NCBI GenBank assembly: GCA_902803395.1
Contig: CADCPQ010000138.1
Location: forward strand, 1-41,493
Source of the DNA: an uncultured Bacteroidota bacterium
Lineage (GTDB): Bacteria; Bacteroidota; Bacteroidia; Bacteroidales; P3
DNA: 41,493 bases
Direction of reading: 5' to 3'
Shown here piece after piece: positions 26,048 to 33,296 of this stretch (positions are counted from its first letter, which is position 1; each line of letters opens with the position of its first letter). The notes beneath the pieces are model-generated. The model was given only the letters and a program-made list of their open reading frames with translations. It did no database searches and was not told where the DNA came from. The position numbers were made by a program, and so were the translations under genes.

Positions 26048-28534
26048 ATGAAACGTCTATTCACCACATTATTAATAGCTTCGGCATTTTTCGCGGCCGC
26101 AAACGCGCAAGAAATCAATGTTTTGCACGACGATTGCGACTATCTGCAAATTCAGGTCGTCACCCCGAGACCATATATAACGACAACGTTGCAGAACGGC
26201 AGCATCTACAGCGAAATCACGCTCGACGGCTATATCAACCGTGGCGAAATCGGACGTCCGAAACTCCCTGTCATGAAACGGAATATCGAGGTGCCTGTGT
26301 GTGAGAATTTCGTTGTCGAAATCAGCAACACAGTGTTCGATACCATCAACGACGTCGCCCATCGTGTTGTCCCTCAGCAGCGTCCGCGTTCAAAATCCGA
26401 CACTTCGGCACACATTTTTGTCATTGACGACAAGGCATATCTTACCGACTCGTTCTACCATATGCCTTTAACCACCGTCAACTATCTTGGTACCGCCCGC
26501 GACCGTCGTCTGGCCACCCTCGGCTTCGCTCCAGTCAGCTACAACCCTGTCAGTGGCCAGATTGTCGTTTGCCGTCAGGCCGACATAACTGTCCGATTCA
26601 CAAACTCCGACCGTAAAGCCACCGAACAACTCTTCAGCCGCTACCACTCGCCGGCCTTTTCGCTGGGCCAAACCATCAACAACCTGCCTACTAAAGCGGT
26701 TCGCACCACTGCACCGGTACGAATGGTCATAGTCAGTGCTCCGGCTTTCCGCGGCCGACTCGACAATTTCGTCAATTGGAAACGTCTCACCGGCTTTATC
26801 GTCGACGTGGTCTACACTGACGACGCCTCAGTCGGCACAACCACCACGTCCATAAGCAACTACCTTCGCAATCTGTACACCGAAGCAACCGAACAAAACC
26901 CTGCCCCGACTTATGTCCTGCTGGTTGGCGACGACAACCTCATTCCGGCTTTCACCACAACTATCAGCACCTCCGACCTGTATAATAATTTCGGTGTCGA
27001 CCAATTCGTAACCGATTTGTATTATGCCACTTGGAGCGGCGACGACCTGCTGCCCGAAGCCTACTACGGACGTTTCTCGGCCCGCGCCAACACCCAGATC
27101 AACAACATCGTCACCAAAACCCTCATGTATGAGCGCTACACAATGTCCGACCCGTCGTATCTCGGCACAGGCATCCTTGTGGCCGGCGTCGACGGCGGCC
27201 AATCGGGCGACAACGGCTATGAGCGCGCCGACCCGACCATGGACTATGTCGCCAAATACTACGTCAACTCCACAAACGGCTACACTTCAGTGTATTACTA
27301 CAAAAACAACACATCCTACGCCCCCTCTGGAGTGACGGTCACGGGCTCGTCCAATGCTCAGAGTACCGCTTCCACGCTGCGCAACCTCTACAACTCAGGG
27401 GCTGGCTGGATTAACTACAGCGCCCACGGCGACGTGACAATGTGGTACAGCCCTCAATTTAATGTGTCGCACGTATCGTCGATGTCAAACAACAACAAGC
27501 CCTCCTTCATGATAGGCAACTGCTGCCTCAGCAACCGCTTCAACGAGGATGTTTGCCTCGGCGAGGCTCTCCTGCGCAAAGGCAGCAACGCCGGTGCGGT
27601 GGCTTATATCGGTGCCACCAACGAAACATTCTGGGTCCAAGATTTCTACTGGGCCGTCGGCAAACGCTCCAACATCAGCGGCACAATGAACGCCACCTAC
27701 AACTCGAACTACCTCGGCATGTACGACCGCCTGTTCCACACCCACAACGAAGCCTACAACAAATATGCCACCTCGGCTGGTGCCATGCTTCTGGCCGGCA
27801 ACTTGCAGGTCATAAACGCCGGAGTCTACAGTGGCTACTACGAGGGCACCTACTACGTCTACGACTTCCCGACATACTATGCCGAAACCTACACACTCAT
27901 GGGCGATCCGTCGCTTATGCCGTGGCTCGGCATCGCTGCCGACGCAACGGCCAACATCGGCAATCTGACCGCCACATCACTCAGCGTCACCACCGACCCC
28001 TACGCCTACGTTGCCCTGACCGACAACCAGCTCAACCTCATCGCAGCGGCCTACGCCGGCGCCAACGGTGCAGCAACATTGTCGTACAGCAGTCTGGCCG
28101 ACGGCTCCTACAACCTGGCCATCACGTCGCAAAACCATAAGCCGTATATCGACACCCTGACGTTTCCAGCCAACGACACCACCGCCGTCGAGCCCGACAC
28201 CAATTCAACCGTCGACACGGTTTTTATCCACGACACAATAACAGTGGTCACGCACGACACCATCTATCTGCATGACACCCTGTACATTTATGATACCGTG
28301 TACCTCGATATCGAGAATCCCAACGCCAGCCAGACCAAGATTTACCTCTCCGACGGCGCTATCGTCATCGACGGCGAGACGAGTGGCACGGCATCGCTCT
28401 ACGACGTCAGCGGACGCCGCCTGACAGCTGTCGCCATCCGCAGTCCGCGCACCGAAATCCGCGTTCCGGCCAGCGGCATCTACTTCATCCGGGTCAACAA
28501 CCGTCCGGCTCATAAAATCACGATAGTCAGGTAA
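26048..28534 (+). CDS. Peptidase family C25 (gingipain-like cysteine peptidase) with a T9SS C-terminal sorting domain
   Basis: There is a signal peptide. YVLLVGDDNLIPAF, YYGRFSA, INYSAHGD (catalytic His region) and MIGNCCLSNRF (catalytic Cys region) are present. The C-terminal ~70 aa (SLYDVSGRRL...GIYFIRVNN...KITIVR) look like a Por/T9SS type A CTD. An (H/Y)DT(I/L/V) strand-repeat run precedes the CTD. Confidence 0.8.
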   Translation: MKRLFTTLLIASAFFAAANAQEINVLHDDCDYLQIQVVTPRPYITTTLQNGSIYSEITLDGYINRGEIGRPKLPVMKRNIEVPVCENFVVEISNTVFDTINDVAHRVVPQQRPRSKSDTSAHIFVIDDKAYLTDSFYHMPLTTVNYLGTARDRRLATLGFAPVSYNPVSGQIVVCRQADITVRFTNSDRKATEQLFSRYHSPAFSLGQTINNLPTKAVRTTAPVRMVIVSAPAFRGRLDNFVNWKRLTGFIVDVVYTDDASVGTTTTSISNYLRNLYTEATEQNPAPTYVLLVGDDNLIPAFTTTISTSDLYNNFGVDQFVTDLYYATWSGDDLLPEAYYGRFSARANTQINNIVTKTLMYERYTMSDPSYLGTGILVAGVDGGQSGDNGYERADPTMDYVAKYYVNSTNGYTSVYYYKNNTSYAPSGVTVTGSSNAQSTASTLRNLYNSGAGWINYSAHGDVTMWYSPQFNVSHVSSMSNNNKPSFMIGNCCLSNRFNEDVCLGEALLRKGSNAGAVAYIGATNETFWVQDFYWAVGKRSNISGTMNATYNSNYLGMYDRLFHTHNEAYNKYATSAGAMLLAGNLQVINAGVYSGYYEGTYYVYDFPTYYAETYTLMGDPSLMPWLGIAADATANIGNLTATSLSVTTDPYAYVALTDNQLNLIAAAYAGANGAATLSYSSLADGSYNLAITSQNHKPYIDTLTFPANDTTAVEPDTNSTVDTVFIHDTITVVTHDTIYLHDTLYIYDTVYLDIENPNASQTKIYLSDGAIVIDGETSGTASLYDVSGRRLTAVAIRSPRTEIRVPASGIYFIRVNNRPAHKITIVR

Positions 28535-28558
28535 TTTTCCAACAGACTACAAACGAAA

Positions 28559-28594
28559 AAGGCGGCGAGCGAAGCGAGCCGCCTTCATTATTTT
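28559..28594 (+). terminator. Candidate rho-independent terminator after the C25 gene
   Basis: An 8-bp stem AAGGCGGC (28559-66) / GCCGCCTT (28578-85) with an 11-nt loop is followed by CATTATTTT. Confidence 0.5.
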
Positions 28595-28599
28595 GTTGT

Positions 28600-28704
28600 A
28601 ACCCACCCCGTCGCTTCGCGCCACCCCTTCAAAGGAGGGGAGAAAAGAATGTCCAGCAGCAGCATTCCCCTCCTTGGAGTGGTGCCTGAAAGGCGGGGTG
28701 GGCT
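28600..28704. repeat. Imperfect ~105-bp nested palindrome built from two inverted G/C-rich hairpin units
   Basis: The outer perfect 9-bp inverted repeat is CCCACCCCG (28602-10) / CGGGGTGGG (28694-702). The inner inverted units are CACCCCTTCAAAGGAGGGGA (28622-41) and TCCCCTCCTTGGAGTGGTG (28666-84). Confidence 0.7.
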
Positions 28705-28741
28705 AAATCACTTTTCGCATACGCCCCTGCCCTGAAGGGCA

Positions 28742-28762
28742 CCCCCTCTATCTTAGAGGGGG
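28742..28762. repeat. Third G/C-rich hairpin unit
   Basis: CCCCCTCTA (28742-50), a TCT loop, then TAGAGGGGG (28754-62) form a perfect 9-bp stem. It is preceded by GGCA, like the other units (GCACCCC..TC / GA..GGGG). Confidence 0.7.
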
Positions 28763-28798
28763 GGATTTGGAATGAATTTGTAATCTGCAGAAAATCAG

Positions 28799-28939
28799 CA
28801 ATTTATATAAATTGTTGAAAATTAATGAGTTAAATAGACTCTCCTCGGGTTTGGTTCGGCCTTAGGTCGGCCTTGGTTCGGACATACTTCGGATAGGGAT
28901 CGACGGAGTCGGCCCGGGGTCGATTGGGGGGCGAAGAAA
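28799..28939 (+). repeat. Convergent-junction modular repeat, copy C (longest phased array)
   Basis: CAATTTATATAA (28799-810) and TTGAAAATTAA (28815-25) are followed by TCGG at 28845, 28856, 28867, 28878 and 28889 and TCGA at 28900, all exactly 11 bp apart. Then come TCGG at 28909 and TCGA at 28920. The tail is CCCGGGG...GGGGGGCGAAGAAA, ending at 28939. Confidence 0.7.
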
Positions 28940-28946
28940 GGGTGTG

Positions 28947-29708
28947 TTAGATGACTTCCTTGTCGGTCTTCAGGTCGTATAGATGCAGGCCCTGGCCGGG
29001 GGTGTAGACGGCGTAATTGCGGTTCAGCATCCAGTCGCCTACGTTGACGTAGGTTGTGCCGGGCTGGATTTGGCGCACGACAGGTGTGTGGCGGTGGCCG
29101 AACACGCAGTAGTCGAAATGCTCGCCGGCGAGGCGCTCATTGCAGTATTGCACGATGCCTTCGCGGTCGTCGCCAAGGTAGTGCAGAGTGTCCTGGCGGG
29201 AATGTTTGACCTTGTTGCTGTCGCTCCAGTTTACGGCAATTCCGAAGGTGAGCCCCGACGGCAGCAGGGCGAACATACGCTGGCAGAAACGGTTGTGGAA
29301 TACGCGCCTGATGCGGTTGAACGACTTGTCGGTGCGGTCCAGGCCGTCGCCGTGGCCGATGAGGAAGCGTTTGCCGTCGAACTCCATGGCAATCGGCTCC
29401 TCGTGCTGGACGAGGCCGATTTCGCGTTCGAGGTAGTCGAAAGTCCACATATCATGGTTGCCGGTGAAGAAATGCATCTTGATGCCGCTATCGGCCAGCT
29501 CGGCGAGCTTGCCGAGCAGACGCACGTGGCCGCGTGGCACGACATAGCGGTACGAGAACCAGAAATCGAACATATCGCCGAGCAGCACGAGGGTGTGGCA
29601 GCGGTCCTTGATGGTGTCGAGGAAACGGCACAATTCCCGTTCACGCTGGGGCGAGTCGGGGCCGCTGCCGAGGTGGGCGTCGGTGATAAAATAGAGGTTC
29701 TCGCGCAT
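28947..29708 (-). CDS. lpxH: UDP-2,3-diacylglucosamine diphosphatase (calcineurin-like metallophosphoesterase)
   Basis: FITDAHLG, LLGDMFDFW, GNHD, IGHGD and FGHRHTP metallophosphoesterase motifs appear in LpxH order. 253 aa. Confidence 0.85.
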   Translation of the reverse strand: MRENLYFITDAHLGSGPDSPQRERELCRFLDTIKDRCHTLVLLGDMFDFWFSYRYVVPRGHVRLLGKLAELADSGIKMHFFTGNHDMWTFDYLEREIGLVQHEEPIAMEFDGKRFLIGHGDGLDRTDKSFNRIRRVFHNRFCQRMFALLPSGLTFGIAVNWSDSNKVKHSRQDTLHYLGDDREGIVQYCNERLAGEHFDYCVFGHRHTPVVRQIQPGTTYVNVGDWMLNRNYAVYTPGQGLHLYDLKTDKEVI

Positions 29709-29712
29709 GGTG

Positions 29713-30978
29713 TCAGGTTTTACGCAGCCAGTCGCGCGGGTTCTGCGAATTGGTACCGCGCCATATTTGGAAACTGAACTCGGCCACGCCGTCGCTGTTG
29801 GTGTAGACGGTGCCGAGGTTTTGCTTGGTTGTGACCTTGGCGCCCTCCTTGACGGCGACGGAACCCATGTTGGCGTAGACGCTCATGTAGTCGCCATGGC
29901 GGACGATGATGCCCTTGGTGCCGTTGGGGCAGGTGAACACGCGGGTGACGGTGCCGTTGAATATGGCCGTCACCGCGGTGCCCGAGGCGCACACGAGGTC
30001 GATGCCGTAGTTCATGTTCTGACCGCCGGAGCTGTGGGTGTAGCGGCCGTATTCGCGCGAAACGCTCTTGTAGTAGACAGGCCACGAGAAACGGCCTTTG
30101 TTGGAGGCGAAGTCGTCGCTCAGAGCCGCGTCGGCAGCCGAAGTCGACGACGATGTGACGGTGCTGCCGCCCTTGCCGGTCGATGTGGGTGTGCCTTTCT
30201 TGTTCTTTGCGGCTTTGGCGACCTCTTCGTTCACAATGCGCTGAATCTGCTGCTGCAGCTGTGCTTTCTGCTTTTCTTTGTCCTTGATTTGCTGCTGCAG
30301 GGTTTTCTCGCGCTGTTTCGCGCTGTTGAGCAGTTTTTGCTGCTGTTTCTGTTCTTTGGTCAGCTCTTCCTGCTGGCGTTTTTCCTGAACGATGAGCGTC
30401 GATTTCTCGCGCTGCTGGCGGTTGAGGTCGAGGGTGGCAACCATCAGTTCGTCCTCTCGCTGGCGTATGTAGCCGGCCTGGCGACGGCGGTAGCGACTAT
30501 AGTCGCGGAAATACTTGGTGCGCAGGTAGGCGGTGTTGTACGACTTGGTGTCGAGCACAAGCACGAGTTTGTCAAGGTTGCCGCGCTCGGAATAGAGCTT
30601 GCGGGTGACGGCGGCGTATTCGGCCTTGAGGCTGTCGATGCGCGAGCGCATGACGTTGATGCTGTCCTGCGTCTGCACAATCTGGATGTTGAGGAGGTTC
30701 ATCTGGCCGTTGAGGTTGTTGATGAGCCTCGTGCGCTCGTTTATTTTTTTGCCTAATATCTGCAGCTGGTTGGCGCTCTGCTTGCTGCCGCGCTTGGTTT
30801 TGGCGAGCTCGTTGTTCAGGTTTTTGATTTCCTGTTCGACCTTGGCCTTGTCTTTTTCGAGCTGCTGCTTCGTCTGGCCATAGGCCGTTGGGGTGAATAG
30901 CGAGAAGAGAAAAGCGAAAAGCGCCATGCATACGACGGGGCGCCGCAGAGATAACACTTTTCGCTTTTCACTTTTCAT
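29713..30978 (-). CDS. Murein hydrolase activator, EnvC/NlpD-like (coiled coil + degenerate LytM/M23 domain)
   Basis: I place the start at MKSEKRKVL (ATG 30978); the longer ORF-track N-terminus overlaps pfk out of frame. A signal/TM segment is followed by a long Q/K/E-rich coiled coil and a C-terminal M23 fold. The zinc ligands are replaced: NYGID for HxxxD and EFSFQ for HLHFE. Confidence 0.8.
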   Translation of the reverse strand: MKSEKRKVLSLRRPVVCMALFAFLFSLFTPTAYGQTKQQLEKDKAKVEQEIKNLNNELAKTKRGSKQSANQLQILGKKINERTRLINNLNGQMNLLNIQIVQTQDSINVMRSRIDSLKAEYAAVTRKLYSERGNLDKLVLVLDTKSYNTAYLRTKYFRDYSRYRRRQAGYIRQREDELMVATLDLNRQQREKSTLIVQEKRQQEELTKEQKQQQKLLNSAKQREKTLQQQIKDKEKQKAQLQQQIQRIVNEEVAKAAKNKKGTPTSTGKGGSTVTSSSTSAADAALSDDFASNKGRFSWPVYYKSVSREYGRYTHSSGGQNMNYGIDLVCASGTAVTAIFNGTVTRVFTCPNGTKGIIVRHGDYMSVYANMGSVAVKEGAKVTTKQNLGTVYTNSDGVAEFSFQIWRGTNSQNPRDWLRKT

Positions 30979-30985
30979 TGTAATA

Positions 30986-32215
30986 TTACCAGTTAAGGAT
31001 TTTCTTGAAGTCATATTCCTCGGGGTTGGCGACGTATTTCTTCGCGGCCTCGTAATCGGCGGGAGTGATGTAGTCCATGATGTCGTTGACGTAGGACATG
31101 ACCTTGTTGCTGTTGACGTTGACCAGACGCGGCGGAATCTTGCCGGTGGCGGGGTCCTGCAGGTCCTTGAGGTACAGCGGGCTGACGTTGCCCTGTTGGT
31201 CGACATACACCATGCAGCCGGTGCAGCCCTGGTTGAAGAGCGTGTGGACCCCCATACCCATCAGCGAGCAATAGGTGAGGTCGAAAGCGATGGGGGTATG
31301 GCAACGGATTTCGTAGCCTACCTCCACGGGACGGGTCTTCACCTTGAGGCCGATTTCCTTGGCTTTGCGCTCCAGCAGGTCGTTGAAGATGTGAGCCTTC
31401 GAAACCTTGCCGAGTTCAGGATGGCCGTGCTCGTCGTAGCTGAAATGGATGCCAGAGTTCTTGATTTCTTCGTCGCTGAGGCTGTGGAAGACACCCTCCG
31501 AAATCATGGCGGCACCGTAGTTGATACCCATCAGCTTGCGTTTGATGATGCATGAGACCACCATGTTGATAATCTTCTCGACAGTGATTTCAGTCTTGTT
31601 GAAGAACTCGGGGATGATGACCATGGGATAATGGCAGGCACCTGCAATGCCGAGGGCCAGATGGCCGGCCGAACGGCCCATGGCGCTGACCACGAACCAG
31701 TTCTCGCTGGTGCGGGCGTCCTCCATGACTGCGGTAGCGAGCACACAACCCTGGGCCTTTGCGCTGTTGTAGCCGAAGGTGGGGCTGCTGTTAGGCAGCG
31801 GCAGGTCGTTGTCGATGGTCTTGGGGACGTGGATGTTGGCGATGGGATAGTGCTTGTCGGCCAGGAATTTGGCAATACGGTTGGCTGTCGAAGCGGTATC
31901 GTCGCCACCGACAGTGACGAGAAGCTTAATCTCATTGTCGGTGAAAAGCTTTAGGTTAAAACGCTGCTCGAAATCCTCGGGGGTGGGTTTGAAACGGCTC
32001 ATCTTAAGGATTGAGCCGCCTTTGTTGAAAATTTCGTCGGCTGTAAGGAAATCGAGATCTTGCATACGGGGCTTGTCGGTGAACAGGGCGCTGTAGCCGC
32101 CATGAAGACCGATGACGCGATAGCCGTCGCGCAAAAAGGTTTTGGCGACCGAAGCCACCACTGTATTCATTCCGGGAGCGGGACCACCGCCAGTGAGTAT
32201 TGCTATGCTTTTCAT
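30986..32215 (-). CDS. 6-phosphofructokinase family A, with signature residues of PPi-dependent enzymes
   Basis: ILTGGGPAPGMN, GGDDTAS and VPKTIDNDL are present. Asp and Lys occupy the positions equivalent to E. coli PFK Gly104 and Gly124. Confidence 0.85.
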   Translation of the reverse strand: MKSIAILTGGGPAPGMNTVVASVAKTFLRDGYRVIGLHGGYSALFTDKPRMQDLDFLTADEIFNKGGSILKMSRFKPTPEDFEQRFNLKLFTDNEIKLLVTVGGDDTASTANRIAKFLADKHYPIANIHVPKTIDNDLPLPNSSPTFGYNSAKAQGCVLATAVMEDARTSENWFVVSAMGRSAGHLALGIAGACHYPMVIIPEFFNKTEITVEKIINMVVSCIIKRKLMGINYGAAMISEGVFHSLSDEEIKNSGIHFSYDEHGHPELGKVSKAHIFNDLLERKAKEIGLKVKTRPVEVGYEIRCHTPIAFDLTYCSLMGMGVHTLFNQGCTGCMVYVDQQGNVSPLYLKDLQDPATGKIPPRLVNVNSNKVMSYVNDIMDYITPADYEAAKKYVANPEEYDFKKILNW

Positions 32216-32235
32216 GATGTTTGAAAAAATTTTTG

Positions 32236-32243
32236 CAAAAATA
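32236..32243 (-). promoter_or_regulatory. -7 promoter box (TATTTTTG) for the pfk-envC-lpxH block
   Basis: The minus strand reads TATTTTTG, 21 nt upstream of the pfk ATG. It is embedded in three TTTTGCAA octamers. Confidence 0.45.
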
Positions 32244-32351
32244 CGATTTTTTTTGCAATTTTTTGCAAGAAAATTAAAAAAAGTGATACAAATATTACGA
32301 TAGGTTTTTCAAACAACCTATTAGTAGTAGTTTTTTCATAGTTATTTAGGG

Positions 32352-32383
32352 TCAAACGGGCTGTCGAAAGACAGCCCGTTTGA
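32352..32383 (-). terminator. Strong hairpin terminator after the nucleoside phosphorylase gene
   Basis: A 14-bp perfect stem TCAAACGGGCTGTC (32352-65) / GACAGCCCGTTTGA (32370-83) with a GAAA loop lies 29 nt beyond the stop at 32412. Confidence 0.65.
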
Positions 32384-32411
32384 TTTATACAAATAATTGA
32401 ATTACTTTGAT

Positions 32412-33296
32412 TTAGATTTTAACAAAACGATTGACGACGGTTTCTATCAAGCGTTGCATCTCATCGTGGTAGGTGTTGAGAAATTTGCCGGTCGGGCGGT
32501 TGGCAATGACCAGACATACTGTCAAAGCCTCGTGTCCGAGAGCTCGGGCAAAACCGTAAATGGCCGAAGTTTCCATTTCGAGGTTGGTCAATTTGCACCC
32601 ATCCCACTCAAATTCAGCCAAACGCTCGTTGAGGTTGTCGATGCTCGGCTTCAAAGCCACATGGCGACCCTGTGGGCCATAGAAGCCCGGAGCCGTGGCC
32701 GTTACGACACGGTGCATACCTTGGCCGATGTTGTCGATGAGGTTGCGGCTGGACTGCACTGAATATGGCTTTGCGAAACGACCGTCGAAATTCATGTGGC
32801 GGCAGAAAGAGTCGTTCATCGCCTGTTCGAAAAGCGACTCGTCGAAAGTGTAATAGTTCAGCAAACCGTCCATCCCGACAACGTAGCGGGAAGCGACGTA
32901 AGAGCCGCATTCGACATCAGGCTGCAACGAGCCGCAGGTTCCGATACGGACCATCCGCAAACGTCGGCGTTCGGTCCGTGGGCGACGGGTGGCGAGGTCG
33001 ATGTTGGCGGCAGCGTCGAGTTCGGTCATAACAATGTCGATGTTATCGCAACCCATTCCCGTCGAAAGTACGGTGAGACGATGGCTGCGTATGCTGCCGG
33101 TCAAAGCGACCATTTCGCGGTTGTGGGACTCATACTCCACCGAGTCGAAAAATTTGCGGAACATCTCCACCCTACCCGGGTCGCCGACGAGAATGATATC
33201 GTCGGCAAGAGTCGGTCCTGTCAATCCGATGTGGTAGAGACGACCTTCGGGTGACAGGACCAACTCACTTTCTTTTATATTATTCGTGGTGTTCAT
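32412..33296 (-). CDS. Nucleoside phosphorylase, PNP/UDP-1 family (uridine/purine nucleoside phosphorylase-like)
   Basis: ILVGDPGRV, STGMGCDNIDIVMTEL, RIGTCGSL and EMETSAIYG motifs are present. Confidence 0.85.
   Translation of the reverse strand: MNTTNNIKESELVLSPEGRLYHIGLTGPTLADDIILVGDPGRVEMFRKFFDSVEYESHNREMVALTGSIRSHRLTVLSTGMGCDNIDIVMTELDAAANIDLATRRPRTERRRLRMVRIGTCGSLQPDVECGSYVASRYVVGMDGLLNYYTFDESLFEQAMNDSFCRHMNFDGRFAKPYSVQSSRNLIDNIGQGMHRVVTATAPGFYGPQGRHVALKPSIDNLNERLAEFEWDGCKLTNLEMETSAIYGFARALGHEALTVCLVIANRPTGKFLNTYHDEMQRLIETVVNRFVKI

Noticed and set aside
28649-28735. A 28-codon mini-ORF (MSSSSIPLLGVVPERRGGLNHFSHTPLP) preceded by a GGAGG-like sequence inside the G/C-rich palindrome.
   Set aside because: The apparent Shine-Dalgarno is simply one arm of the hairpin unit, and Bacteroidetes generally do not rely on SD sequences. 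The peptide is dictated by the palindrome sequence. There is no independent support.
28535-28946. Whether the 412-bp gap hides a CRISPR array, tRNA, or mobile-element end.
   Set aside because: There are no regularly spaced identical direct repeats with unique spacers, no cloverleaf-compatible segment and no flanking integrase or transposase. The repeats present are inverted hairpin units and an 11-bp degenerate array, reported separately.
30979-31206. An N-terminal 76-aa extension of the M23/EnvC ORF given by the ORF track.
   Set aside because: The extension overlaps the 3' end of pfk in another frame and is Thr/Ser/Arg/Pro-rich nonsense. The internal start MKSEKRKVL gives a proper signal/TM segment 7 bp after the pfk stop.
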